Below, piece by piece: positions 40,022-53,062 of a stretch of DNA of 64,000 bases. A model generated the notes under the pieces. The model searched no databases and was not told where the DNA came from. It saw only the letters and a program-made list of their open reading frames with translations. The number at the start of each line of letters is the position of its first letter. The first letter of the stretch is position 1. The stretch is from Mobula hypostoma (lineage: Eukaryota), in contig NC_086118.1 of the NCBI RefSeq assembly GCF_963921235.1, positions 25,050,001 to 25,114,000 on the forward strand. Reading direction: 5' to 3'. Made by a program: the position numbers and the translations under genes.

Positions 40022-40960
40022 AGGGCAGCCCAGTGAAACAGCAGCTGGTGCTGCAGCTTCACTGTCTAGCTTGATCCAGACTCTGAGTGCTATGTGCATG
40101 TTCTCCTTGTGGCCAGTCTGGATTCTCCCAAGTACATATTCATTATCATAATGGTTATGTGCAGCGTTGCATGGCAATGGTGATCATGGTCTTTCCATGA
40201 CCATGATTATTCTTGGCAAACTTTCTCCAGAAGTAGTTTGCCATTACCACCTTCTGTGCCTTTATATGACTGGTGACCCCAGCCTTAATCAGTACTCTTC
40301 AGAGATTGTCTGCCTGGTGTCAGAGGTCACATAACCAGGACTTGTGCTGATGTACACTATTTGCTCATATGACCATCCACCACCTGCTCCCAAGGCTTCA
40401 CGTAACCCTGATTGGGGGGGTGTGGGGGTTAAGCAGGTGCTACATCTTGCCAAGGGTGAGCTGCAGGCTAACACAAGGGAAGGACCTCCCTTCTGCCTCA
40501 TTTGGTGGAGACGTATCTCCACTCAGCCACGCCAAATACACATCAGCTAAGTTACCCATAAACTGTGGGTGGTTGGATGGAAAGAATTAATGAGCACATA
40601 AGTTACAGAAAAATGAGGGAGGGGCAGGGACTGATGGAGTTGCTCCATTGAGTACTGGCGTGCACCCAATGTGCTGAACAGCCGCCTTCTCTGTTTTAAT
40701 CAGAAAACAAATATATATTCACCAGAAATAGGGTGTCACCTCAGGCCATCGGAGTCCAATTCTGGTGCCATCTGTAAGGAGTCTGTATGTCCACCCCTGA
40801 GCGGGTGTGTTTCCTTTCACATTCTAAAGATGTACTAGATAGTAGGTTGATTAATCATTGTAAATTACCCTGTGAATAGTCTAGTGTTGAATAAGTGGGT
40901 TGCTAGGCAGTGAGGCTTGTTGGACTGGAAGGGCCTGTTCCACACTGTATCTCTAAATTT
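40022..40960. mobile_element. Cluster: HE1-like SINE (+) interrupted by an RTE-like non-autonomous element (~40140-40535, -), then a second SINE (~40735-40960, +)
   Basis: SINE head at 40022 resumes at ~40540. The insert carries antisense gaaggtggtaatggcaaactacttc...ttgccaagaa, resembling RTE-type tails. Confidence 0.5.
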
Positions 40961-41299
40961 AAAAAAAAATAATTTGAAACATTCCTTTGTTTGTAGCACT
41001 TGTGTCTACTCTGTTCATTGTAGATCCATGAAATCAAATTAGCAAAAATGTATTGTGAACCATCCGTGGACTGTCCCGTTGTCCTGAACATGCAAAGCGG
41101 GCTAGTGTTGTGTTCTCTGAGCATGTCTTCAATTACCTGCAGGTTTTGTCTTCTGTGTGCTGGGGCAAAGGCTTCTGCTTAGATACCATTAAGTATTTGC
41201 TCTTTCAGTGCTCTCTCCTGAGGCCTCCAGTAGAAGAGATGAGAGGACTGGTCACAGTGGGGGATCAAGAACAGGAGGTAAACTATCTCTTTAGTTACT

Positions 41300-41900
41300 C
41301 CTGGAGCAATACGCCGACACACATCTATCTGAGGGGAAGTGTCAAGAGGTAGCACCATCTGCCAGCATATCTGGAGCCACATACCCATGCAATTCTGCTG
41401 GAGCAATAATGTCCTTGTCCTGAACTTAGCTTCGAGATCCTTGTGTTACCGACAGCTGATAAACACCACCAGCTTGCATCCCAAAGTTGCTTTCACAATG
41501 CAGACATAATCTGGCGGGGTGTGACACTGATATGTGGAGATTTTGAGCCTCCCAAAGGTTTGGCATGCATTGGACTGCCCGTGGAGACATGAAGCTCTTT
41601 GCCGACAGAAAATCTTCACTCTCGAAAAGTGCACCTGAGTGTGACACTGCCAGTGCATCCCCAGGATCACTGCTCTGCACCAGGGAAATGTTGATTTGTC
41701 TATTATGCCATGCCTGTATACTGCAGACATCTTATTAGCTGGAGGAATGTTCTTAAGGGACAAACCCAATTCCCTTCCTTCCGTTCCTGTTGAGTCACCT
41801 GGAAATAGTTACAGGCTTCTTTTAAAGGGATCGATCACAATTCTTAGTAGTTCAGGCCAGTCCCAGCTGCTGTGTTGGACTCGTAAAATTATTTTTGGTT
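41300..41900 (-). mobile_element. Possible highly decayed Tx1/L1-type LINE C-terminal region
   Basis: Weak peptide resemblance only (HSGALF...FLSAKSF...QC; SVTQGS; KVQD in another frame). Confidence 0.3.
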
Positions 41901-42374
41901 ATTGTGTGCAATAATCACTGATGCACAGATTATTGCACAATGACCCTACAAAGATTTGCAGCCTTAATTGTTAATTCAGGCCATATGCCTTTATGTTCCA
42001 TTCTTCATGACCATCCCCAAGTGCTTAGCAGCCATTTTAATTGTAATTTATTCTATGAAACATGCATATTAGTGTCAAACTCATTATCCATTCCTAATTG
42101 CCAGTTGAACTGGATAGTTTTCAAGTCCATTTCACAACTGAGTCCGACGTTGACCAGACAGGGCAACAATGACACATTTCTATTGCTGCTCGACATCAAT
42201 GAACCATGCGATTTCACAACCATCTGTGGCTTCGTGGTTAGCATTACTAAAACTAGTCTTTAAATTGCTGATTTATTTAATTATGTGAATTTAAATTTCC
42301 CAGGTGCTATAGTGGGGTGTGAGTCTGCTTCCAGACCAGTACTCTATGCCTCTGGATTCCATTCTCGAGGCATA

Positions 42375-43847
42375 AGAGTATAGAAACATAGAAAATAGGT
42401 GTAGGAGTAGGCCATTCAGCCCTTCAAGCCTGCACCGCCATTCAGTATGATCTTGGCTGATCATCCAACTCAGAACCCTGTACCTGCCTTCTCTCCATAC
42501 CCCCTGATCCCTTTAGCCACAAGGGCCATATCTAACTCCCTCTTAAATATAGCCAATGAACTGGCTCAACTGTTTCCTGTGGCAGAGAATTCCATTGATT
42601 CACCACTCTCTGTGTGAAGAAGTTTTTCCTAATCTCGGTCCTCAAAGGCTTCCCCTTTATTCTCAAACTGTGACCCCTCATTCTGGACTTCCCCAACATC
42701 AGGAACAATCTTCCTGCATCTAGCCTGTCCAATCCCTTTAGAATTTTATACGTTTCAATAAGATCCCCCCTCAATCTTCGAAATTCCAGGGAGTATAAGC
42801 CTAGTCGATCCAGTCTTTCATCATATGAAATTCTTGCCATCCCAGGAATCAATCTGGTGAACCTTCTTTGTACTCCCTCTATGGCAAGAATGTCTTTCTT
42901 CAGATTAGGGGACCAAAACTGCACACAATACTCCAGGTGTTGTCTCACCAAGGCCTTGTGCAACTGCAGTAGTACCTCCCTGCTCCTGTACTCGAATCCT
43001 CTTGCTATGAGCCTTGCGGTACCCCACTAGTCACTGCCTGCTATTCTGAAAAGGTCCCATTTATTCCCAGTCTTTGCTTCCTGTCTGCCAACCAATTCTC
43101 TATCCACATCAATACCATACCCCCAATACCGTGTGCTTTAAGTTTGCACACTAAGCTCCTGTGTGGGTCCTTGTCTAAAGCCTTTTGAAAATCTAAATAT
43201 ACCACATCCACTGGTTCTCCCCTATCCACTCTACTAGTTACATCCTCAAAAAATTCTATGAGATTTGTCAGACATGATTTTCCTTTCACAAATCCATGCT
43301 GACTTTGTCTGATGATTTCACCGCTTTCCAAATGTGCTGTTATCACATCTTTGATAACTGACTCTAGCATTTTCCCCACCACTGATGTCAGGCTTACCAG
43401 TCTATAATTCCCCGGTTTCTCTCTCCCCCCATTTTTAAAGAGCGAGGTTACATTAGCCACCCTCCAATCCTCAGGAACTAATCCAGAATCTAAAGAGTTT
43501 TGAAAATTATCATTAATACATCCACTATTTCTTGGGCTACTTCCTTAAGCACTCTGGGATGCAGACCATCTGGCTCTGGGGATTTATCTGCCTTTAATCC
43601 CTTCAATTTACCTAACACCACTTCCCTACTAACATGTATTTCCCTCAGTTCCTCCATCTCACTGGACCCTCTGTCCCCTACTATTTTTGGAAGATTATTT
43701 ATGTCCTCCTTAGTGAAGACAGAACCAAAGTAGTTAGTCAATTGGTCTGCCATGTCCTTGGTCCCCATGATCAATTCACCTGTTTCTGACTGTAAGGGAC
43801 CTACATTTGTCTTAACCAATCTTTTTATTTTCACATATCTATAAAAT
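42375..43847 (-). mobile_element. CR1 LINE (subfamily B), 5'-truncated, with internal 373-nt deletion
   Basis: ORFs 43490..43924, 43041..43460 and 42532..42963; (ttctatgt)n-type tail; highly similar to 58862-60452. Confidence 0.96.
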
Positions 43848-44522
43848 GTGAAGTATGCTACTGTAAGGCCATTAAATACTATTGAATTGTGTGGTAAGAT
43901 CACACAAACAGCAACAAAATTCACTGCTGTATCACCTTAAGGATTGATGTTGGCTAGTAGTAACCTGTTTGCTCTATTTCAGATAGTGCTCTGAGATCTT
44001 TAAACTCAACTTAGAGGGTGTAAAAATCACATGTAGTGGTATTTAATATGACATTGCAGCATTGAGGTCCCAGCCTGGACAACGTGCTCCAAAATTCTGG
44101 AGTGGAATTTGAACCAACAGTAATCAGGCATTTAGCCAATAATACAGAGCTAAATCTCTCTCAGTGATACATGTGGTAGTTCAGCAGAACTTTGATCTAA
44201 TTTGTTGGTTCTAGAATCATTTAATTCTGTCTATGTTCAGTTTGTGATTTGGCATGCTTTTTCAGTTGTGCCTACAGTTTGTATCCAACTGTTCTAGATT
44301 CTTCTGGGTCAGGATTGAGGCCGGATAGAACTGTTTGGAAAAGGAATTCAATTGAATAAGACCCAAGCTGCAGATGGTTCTGCCATCTCCAATATTAATA
44401 AAGGGATGGAAATAGTTCTAAGGATGTAATAGGATGTGGAACTAACAAGACTGAGAACATAATCCAATTGAAAAAGAGAAAGGCTTGAGGTAGGGGGAAT
44501 TGGGCTTGAGGTAAGGCAGGGG

Positions 44523-46832
44523 GAATGCCATACTAGATCTAGTACTAGGTAATGAACCGGGTCAGGTCACAGATCTCTCAGTGGGTGAGCATCTGGGGGA
44601 CAGTGACACCACTCCCTGGCCTTTATAATTATCATGGAAAAGGATAGAATCAAAGAGGACAGGAAAATTTTTAATTAGGGAAAGGCAAATTATGAGGCTG
44701 TAAGGCTAGAACTTGTGGGTGTGAATTGGGATGAAGTTTTTGCAGGGAAATGTACTATGGACATGTGGTCGATGTTTAGAGATCTCTTGCGGGATGTAAG
44801 GGATAAATTTGTCCCGGTGACGAAGATAAAGAATGGTAGGGTGAAGGAACCATAGGTGACAAGTGAGGTGGAAAATCTAGTCAGGTGGAAGAAGGCAGCA
44901 TACATGAGGTTTAGGAAGCAAGGATCAGATGGGTCTATTGAGCAATATAGGGAAGCAAGAAAGGAGCTGAGAAGAGCAAGAAGGGGGCATGAGAAGGCCT
45001 TAGTGAGTAGGGTAAAGGAAAACCCCAAGGCATTCTTCAATTATGTGAAGAAAAAAAGGGTGACAGGAGTGAAGGTCGGACCGATTAGAGATAAAGGTGG
45101 GAAGATGTGCCTGGAGGCTGTGGAAGTGAGCGAGGTCCTCAATGAATACTTCTCTTCAGTATTCACCAATGAGAGGGAACTTGATGATGGTGAGGACCAT
45201 ATGAGTGAGGTTGACGTTCTGGAGCATGTTGATATTAAGGGAGAAGAGGTGTTGGAGTTGTTAAAATACATTAGGACAGATAAGTCCCCGGGGCCTGATG
45301 GAATATTCTCCAGGCTGCTCCACGAGGTGAGAGAAGAGATTGCTGAGCCTTTGGCTAGGATCTTTATGTCCTCGTTGTCCACGGGAATGGTACCGGAGGA
45401 TTGGAGGGAGGCGAATGTTGTTCCTTTGTTCAAAAAAGGTAGTAGGGATAGTCCGGGTAATTATAGACCAGTGAGCCTTACGTCTGTGGTGGGAAAGCTG
45501 TTGGAAAAGATTCTTAGAGATAGGATCTCTGGGCATTTAGAGAATCATGGTCTGATCAGGGACAGTCAGCATGGCTTTGTGAAGGGCAGATCGTGTCTAA
45601 CAAGCCTGATAGAGTTCTTTGAGGAGGTGACCAGGCATATAGATGAGGGTAGTGCAGTGGATGTGATCTATATGGATTTTAGTAAGGCATTTGACAGGGT
45701 TCCACACGGTAGGCTTATTCAGGAAGTTAGAAGGCATGGGATCCAGGGAAGTTTGGCCAGGTGGATTCAGAATTGGCTTGCCTGCAGAAGGCAGAGGGTG
45801 GTGGTGGAGGGAGTACATTCAGATTGGAGGATTGTGACTAGTGGTGTCCCACAAGGATCTGTTCTGGGACCTCTACTTTTCGTGATTTTTATTAACGACC
45901 TGGATGTGGGGGTAGAAGGGTGGGTTGGCAAGTTTGTAGATGACACAAAGGTTGGTGGTGTTGTAGATAGTGTAGAGGATTGTCAAGAATTGCAGAGAGG
46001 CATTGATAGGATGCAGAAGTGGGCTGAGAAGTGGCAGATGGAGTTCAACCCAGAGAGGTGTGAGGTGGTACACTTTGGAAGGACAAACTCCAAGGCAGAG
46101 TACAAAGTAAATGGCAGGATACTTGGTAGTGTGGAGGAGCAGAGGGATCTCAGGGTACATGTCCACAGATCCCTGAAAGTTGCCTCACAGGTGGATAGGG
46201 TAGTTAAGAAAGCTTATGGGGTGTTAGCTTTCATAAGTTGAGGGATAGAGTTTAAGAGTCGCGATGTAATGATGCAGCTCTATAAAACTCTGGTTAGGCC
46301 ACACTTGGAGTGTTGTGTCCAGTTCTGGTCACCTCACTATAGGAAGGATGTGGAAGCATTGGAAAGGGTACAGAGGAGATTTACCAGGATGCTGCCTGGT
46401 TTAGAAACTATGCATTATGATCAGAGATTAAGAGAGCTAGGGCTTTACACTTTGGAGAGAAAGAGGATGAGAGGAGACATGATAGAGGTGTACAAGATAA
46501 TAAGAGGAATAGATAGAATGGATAGCCAGCGCCTCTTCCCCAGGGCACCACTGCTCAATACAAGAGGACATGGCTTTAAGGTAAGGGGTGGGAAGTTCAA
46601 TGGGGATATTAAAGGAAGGTTTTTTACTCAGAGAGTGGTTGTGCATGGAATGCACTGCCTGAGTCAGTGGTGGAAGCAGATACACTAGTGAAGTTTAAGA
46701 GAGTACTAGACAGGTATATGGAGGAATCTAAGGTGGGGGCTTATATGGGAGGCAGGGTTTGAGGGTCGGCACAACATTGTGGGCCGAAGGGCCTGTACTG
46801 TGCTGTACTATTCTATGTTCTATATTCTATGT
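44523..46832 (+). mobile_element. CR1 LINE (subfamily A), 5'-truncated; 461-aa RT remnant with FVDD in place of FADD and a premature stop
   Basis: ORFs 44856..46241 and 46269..46688; tail ttctatgttctatattctatg. Confidence 0.97.
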
Positions 46833-47292
46833 AATTCTAATTTTGTATGATAGTGAAAGTGAAGTGTTAACATTTCTGTTGTATGGTGAAGCACTTCACC
46901 ATTTCAGAGCGCATTAAGAATCAACAGCACTGCCATGAAATTGGATGACGTTTAGTCCAGCTGAGCTAATGATAGCTAATTTCCTTCCTTAAAAGAATCT
47001 CATGAATGATAATTAGCTAATATCCTGATTAGCATTATCAATAACTAGTTCGCTCCAGATAACATTTTATCCCAAATATCTATTATTAAACACCACTAGC
47101 AAATCTGTGTGCCTAGCCTGATTTGTGACATATATTTCATCCTTGCAACGGAAGTGCAAACCAAACTTTACCATAACTGTAATTTTTTTTGGGGAAGTGA
47201 GTTTTGACTTGGGTCTCAGTGAGAAACTGAGGAACTATACCTGCAAAAGTCATCATTCCTTGTCTGAACCAACAACTTGATTATTCCATTAA

Positions 47293-47938
47293 CAGACATC
47301 CCACCTCTTCTGGAAGTTCCGGGAGTCTCCCCGCATATTGATGGCAGCTCCCTGACGCCCGCAAATTATATACAGTATCCCAGAAATCGATTTTTTTGAG
47401 AGGAAGAGGAAGAGCGAGAGGGGGCATCCTGATTGGTCTCTCTTCGTGCTAAGTAGACCTATCAGTTTTCTCTGTGGGCCGGCTTTACAGTCGACCTCAA
47501 AAATAATGACAGTGTTGCTCGCTGCGCTGTTTGCAACAGTGAATTTTCTATTGCCCATGGTGGGTTAAAATGTAAAAGACATGTTGAGGTGAGTTTAACA
47601 GGTGTTATTCGTTCAATAGCATAGCTGACATTATTTAAACTAGCTGGCTAGCTGCTAAGGAGCTACTCTATTGATGTCCTATGTGATGAGGGCAAACTCC
47701 CCGTAGACTTGCTTAAAGTAGTAATAGAATAAAAAAATGACACCATAATAATACAATACAAGTACATATTTTAATGTCACATTTTCTGCATATACCCAAC
47801 TTGGTTTACAGATTAGACAAAATCACTGAACAAAGTACTACATGCACCCTTGGAGGTCGACCGGGGAGGGGGATATAGGGTTGCGGGGGGCAGATGTGCT
47901 ACCCCCCTGAAATGAGTTTTTGCAGGGTGGGATGTCTG
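47293..47938 (-). mobile_element. Non-autonomous DNA transposon, same family as 12474-13034, opposite orientation
   Basis: Perfect 13-bp TIR cagacatcccacc / ggtgggatgtctg; flanks cattaa / cattga (5 of 6 match). Confidence 0.85.
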
Positions 47939-48149
47939 CATTGAAGGTAGTTTTTACATAATTTATTGATGAGTGCTCCAATCACCAGGATCTATCTAGC
48001 TTCCAACAGCAAGACAACCTCTTGACCATTGGAGGAGACCAACCTGCTCTTGAGAGCAATTTTGCTGCAATCCAACTTCTTTAGCTGAAGTAGAGCGGAG
48101 CTTTTAAGTGCTCCTCTCCGGTAGTCAATAATTAAAAGAAAACGATAAA

Positions 48150-48445
48150 AGATTAGCTTTGTTTGTCAGATACACATCAAAACATACAGTGAAATGTGTC
48201 TTTTGTGTCAAATCAAATCAGCAAAGACTGTGCTAGCCAGCCTGCAAGTGTCAGCGCAATTCTGGTGCCAACTTGCATGCCCACAACTCACTAACCCTAA
48301 TCTTTGGAATATGGAGGGAAACCAGAGCACTCTGAGAAAACCCAAGCAGTCATGGGCAGAATGTATGAACTCCCTACAAACAGCAGTGGAAATCAAATCC
48401 CAGTCTTACAGCTAACACTGTAAAGCATTATGCTAACCACTAACC
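48150..48445 (-). mobile_element. HE1-like SINE with a different (LINE-like) tail
   Basis: tctttggaatatggagggaaaccagagcac...aactccctacaaacagc...tgctaaccacta is the antisense SINE body and head. Confidence 0.6.
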
Positions 48446-50692
48446 ACTAAGCACAAAAGTTTGTGCTTTTCATGCAGTGCTGGCAAATCAGAAAATAGTG
48501 TTCCAGGTGCACATTTCTTTAATGGACATATTTCTACTCTCATGTAGTATACACCATGTTCTTTACCACTAGAACATTAACAATATCCCCTTTTAAAGAT
48601 AAACTCAATCTTTATTACAATACTTAAGTGGATTATCCCAACATTGGCATACAACATGCAAGAATGGGCTTTAATCCTTCTCGTGGAGAATCATCCTATT
48701 TATTGCATCAGGCTGGAAACATGGTTGGAGTTACTAAAACTATCTTAACAAGAAGATTATCTTCTTGCTGCAGTAAAAGTCATATCATGTGTGGAAAAGT
48801 GCAGTGGAAGACCATTGCTTTTCCTTGATTGGATGTCTGTTTAACAAAGATTGATGGAATATAATTTTCATTTTATTAATAACAACTAAATATATTCAAA
48901 ACAATTAATATCAAGTTATATTGTGCTTTAAAACTAATTTGTTAATAATGAAATGTTCGCAATTGAAATAGTTGGCTGAATTCCACAAGGACACGTCTAT
49001 GCAATAGCCAAATGACAGTCAGCAGGGAGTTAATCCTCACCCACGATCGGTCTATTATATGTATCCAAAGCAGTTTTCTTTCTTAGCACAGACCAAATTG
49101 CATTGACCGTAAAGATGTTCTGCTGGTAACAGGGTGTTAAAGGATGGAGCTATGAATCAAGGAGGCAGTACACGTTCAGTAAAACAGCAGCTGGTTGCTG
49201 ACTCAGCACTTTGTCCAGTCTGCAGACCAACTGAGTCCGTTTTGTTTGTACTGCAGATAAAAGTACGAGTAATTGGCAACAACAAAGAATTTTTTTTTCG
49301 AAAAAGCAAGAGGTGTTATTCCAATCTGTGTCTGTAGTTGCTTCAGAAGATAATGTCTCATTTCAAGATGCGTTTCCTCAGAGAAGATAGCAGCAAAGTG
49401 CCTTATTCTCGTCTCTGCGGGTCGAGAGAAGAAGTTCTGAATGCCGACTTTTCAAAAATTCAATATTTCATCCGGTTCCTTGAATTCCTTCATTATCTAG
49501 GAAGCATCTACAGGATGATGAAGAAAAAGCTGAGGTCTGGATCCTCTTCACTATGTAGAAACCCACAGTCTTGAGGATCAGTGTTTCATGTTATTTAGGG
49601 TAAAAATACAGGATGTTTATAATTAATTTAGAAATTGTCATAAATATCAGTTTCTCTCTGTATTGGCAGGTGTTCATGTATTCTCATTATAAAGTATTAG
49701 AGCAGTTAGCATTAAGAATGCTGCATTGCCCAGGTCATTTAACTCAAGGGCAATAGCTGCAGCAGATACGATAAAATTTACTAGTTTGGGTTCAGTATTC
49801 TACCTGCTGTTTGCTTGTGAGTTATCGAATTGTGTGTAAAACCTGCCTGTAATACTTTTATAAATGTATTGGAGAAATCAAACCATTAGTAAAGAATGTG
49901 TTTGGTGTATGCATTTACCAAGGTCAAAAGGGTTTATTTTTCTGAAATATGTAATGATGCAACTATCAATAAAATATATAATTTAATGGTTATGATATAT
50001 TCAGTCTGATACAAAAACAAGACATGAATGAGAAAGATTATATAATTATTTGTTTCTTTCTTAAAAATAGACACCATCTAATAGAATTTTTGAGGGAAAA
50101 ATGTAAGAAATGTAAAGTTGAACAGAGAACTTCATTTTTTTCTGATTTTTACTTGAAAATCTACAAAAACATCAAGTAACTTCAGTTCGGAGGAGTTACT
50201 GAGGTCGTTAGTGAGTGAGCTGAATTTTCATTGTGGTTACAACCTAAAATGATTCAGCTGCAATATTGGTTCAGCCCTGCATAACGTCATGCTTGGAAAC
50301 TGTTCCAGTGCACTTAACAGTATCAATGTCATCAACTCTCAGCATATAGTTTTTACACAGACAGACTAAAACAAGTTTTGATAATGTGAAATATGATTTA
50401 TTGCAAATGTTTGATTTATCAAAGATGTTTTAGCTTTTCCTTTAAGCTTATGGTGACTGCTCAAACAAGGGTCTCTAATTTATAACTGTATTGAAATGAC
50501 TGTAGTCTTTAAAATTTATGCAAATGTCAGTAGGTAACATCACACAGAAAATTTATGGTCAATTAGTATGAATTCTACTTTGTATGGCATTTACAGTATA
50601 GCCCAAAACATTTAAATACTCAGTTTAGAATTGTTTGTGTACTTGTTCTAAGGATTTGAATTACTACAACACAATTTCTTTCTCTGTTGCAG

Positions 50693-50732
50693 AGCTGAAA
50701 AGACAGAAGTATTAACTGAAGATTTGCTGCAG
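50693..50732 (+). CDS. ARHGAP44: ARHGAP44 (RICH2) coding exon 2, N-terminal BAR domain: (R)AEKTEVLTEDLLQ
   Basis: Strong acceptor ttctttctctgttgcag and donor CAG|gtaaca. 40 nt, phase 2 to phase 0. Peptide matches the recalled ARHGAP44/ARHGAP17 N-terminus RAEKTEVLSEDLLQ and continues in frame into the next exon. Confidence 0.93.
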
Positions 50733-51179
50733 GTAACATTTGTTTCACCATTTTGTTTAATGAACGATTACTGAAACCACAGCAGAAAGTTTCATGTGCT
50801 CTGGCAAGCCACTACAATTATACTGAAACCCTCATCAAATGCTTTGAACCCAATGCTACACAGGCTGTCACAGAAAATTTAATCCCCTTTAACTTCCAGT
50901 TTATTAATCACCATAAACTTCATGCCTGTATCTGCTAGGCTGTTCTCTGTTAAAATCCGTAAAAATCAGTTTGCTCAAAGGAGCTAGTTATCAGATATTC
51001 AGTAGAAGTTTTGAAGTTAATAGCAACTATCTTAACTAATTGATTTCACCTCCTTAATCTCTTGGTCTCCCCCCCCCCCCACCCCCTGAAATATTGCATT
51101 TAGCCAAAGCCCTTGATGCTTTTAATCTATATATTTGAAGAAACAGAAACTGTCCTCCAATGTGGTTTTCCGTTTCCTG

Positions 51180-51317
51180 TACAAGAGGAGAAAATCCACA
51201 GATGCTGGAAATCAAAGTAACAAACACAAAATGCTGGAGGAACTCAGCAGGCCAGTGAGCACCAATGGAAAAGAGTAAACAGACGATGTTTCGGGTGGAG
51301 ACCCATCATCAGGACTG
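51180..51317 (-). mobile_element. Penelope-like terminal repeat with intact hammerhead core nucleotides
   Basis: Minus strand: cagtc-CTGATGA-T-GGGTctccACCC-GAAA-CA-TC-gtctg. Confidence 0.65.
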
Positions 51318-51377
51318 AATTCCATTTCCTATGCATTTCAAATTTTATTTGATATCTATTGATATAATGTTTACTTG

Positions 51378-52207
51378 TGTCACGTACCCCATGATGGGTT
51401 AAAGAACCAGCAGAAATGGTAAACAGTTTTGGAGTCTGGTATTGATATTAGCTAATACGATTTATTAGTAACTACGCAATACAGTAATATAAATTCAGAC
51501 ATATCAAACAAGTTACCAAAGATTATGTGTATATAAGTGTGGAAATATAAAAAACCAAGCTTCTTCAAGCCTAGGGGTAAATGGATACAGTCTTACGGTG
51601 ATGAGTAAAGTTCAGTTCAGTTCGTGGTATTGAGTTGGGTAGTGATGGAGAGAGAGAGGTGTTTAGTTCCTCAGGTGAGCTGATGCCGTCGATCTTCCTG
51701 TTGACTTCCAAAACTTCCAAGTTAGCCAAACTTGACCAACTTAAGAGCACTGTCTTAGAGTGATAGTCTACCAACCCAGGCGAGGGTTGGACACAGTAGT
51801 AGACTCCACAAGGTCACTCTTTCATGCACTAATAATCACAAGTCGATCCCTCAGAATCGATCCTCAGTCCCATACTCGTGGGCACCTGAACAGGATGGTG
51901 GTAACTTCACCACACCCGAGTGCGTCTGCATGTCCCATGAAACAAGCAATTACGCTGGTTTAAATACTGTTGTGCTGAACACCAGCTATCCATCAAGTAG
52001 CTCCTCCCCTCTCTCTCTGTAGGAACTTAGAAGCTGCCAGTGTCCTTGCAAAAGTGTAAACATGCTGCCGAGTAACCATAACACCATCTCAAAGTAGTCT
52101 TCGCCTCTCTCCCTCTCTTAAAAACAAGGTGCTTGTGTTGAACAACTCTCTCTCTCTCTCTCTTTTTAAAAGCACAGTTCATAGGGGCAATTCAGAATCC
52201 CGTCACA
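51378..52207 (-). mobile_element. Solo LTR (830 bp) with 4-bp TSD cttg
   Basis: TGTCACG...CGTCACA termini; cttg at 51374-51377 and 52208-52211; minus-strand AATAAA at 51461-51466 suggests orientation. Confidence 0.8.
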
Positions 52208-52561
52208 CTTGTGATTTCTAAACAAAGCCCTAACAATATATAAGCACCTACCTTAGATTTCCTGGTTATTTGCTGATCCTGAACACTAGTCTCTTGTGCA
52301 TCATGCACTAAGGCGCCCAGATGACTCTACATCTCAGAGCTCTGCAATCTCTCAACCAAATGTTTGTTTTTCATGTTATTTTCTCTGCCAGAAAGGACTA
52401 TTTCACATTTCCCGCATTAAAACCCATTTGCCAAATCTTTGTCTGCTCACTTAACCTATATCTGCCCTTTTATAGACTTTACACTATGTCCTATTCACTA
52501 TAAACTTTTCTACCTCCTTTTGTGCCATCAGCAGATCTGGCAATTGTCCTTTCTGTCTAAT

Positions 52562-52850
52562 TACTTATTTAGAGATACAGCATGGAACAGGTCCTTCCGA
52601 CACAACAAGTCCCGCTGCCCAGCAACCCACTTAGTCAACACTACCCTAATCACAGAACAATTTACAATGACCAATTAACCTTCTAACTGGTACGTCTTTA
52701 AATTGTCAGAGGAAATCAGAGCACCTGGAGGAAACCAATGCAGTGATGGGGAGGACGTACAAACTTGCAGACAGTGCCGGAATTGAACTCTGAACTCTGA
52801 CACCCTGAACTGTAATAGCGCCACATGAGCTGCTACGCTACCATGGCACC
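52562..52850 (-). mobile_element. HE1-like tRNA-derived SINE
   Basis: Minus strand begins gggtgccatggtagcgtagcagc, with gttcaattccggcactgtctg and the V-type body. Confidence 0.7.
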
Positions 52851-52929
52851 CGCTAATATTTAGCTCAGTGGTTAAAAAAAATTGAAGCTTCAGCACACCA
52901 CACTTTTCATCAGAAATATACTTACTTAT

Positions 52930-53062
52930 TCCTGATGAAGAGCCTCGGACCAAAATGTCAATTGTTTATTTATTTCCATAGATGTTGTCGGATCTGCTGA
53001 GTTTCTCCAGCATTTTGTGTGATAGCTCTGGATTTCCAGCATCTGCAGAGTCTCTTGTGTCC
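52930..53062 (+). mobile_element. Penelope-like terminal repeat, degenerate hammerhead
   Basis: cctgatgaagagcctcggaccaaaatgtcaattg followed by the family tail ctgctgagtttctccagcattttgtgtg...ccagcatctgcag. Confidence 0.6.

Noticed and set aside
44856..46241. 461-aa reverse transcriptase ORF as a domesticated or novel RT system
   Set aside because: Ordinary 5'-truncated CR1: catalytic motif altered to FVDD, premature stop, no intact endonuclease, near-identical sibling copy nearby.
1..50692. Search for ARHGAP44 exon 1 (MKKQFNRMRQLANQTVG)
   Set aside because: No matching sequence seen. atgaagaa hits at ~29123, ~36210 and ~49518 translate differently, so exon 1 is presumably upstream of the window.
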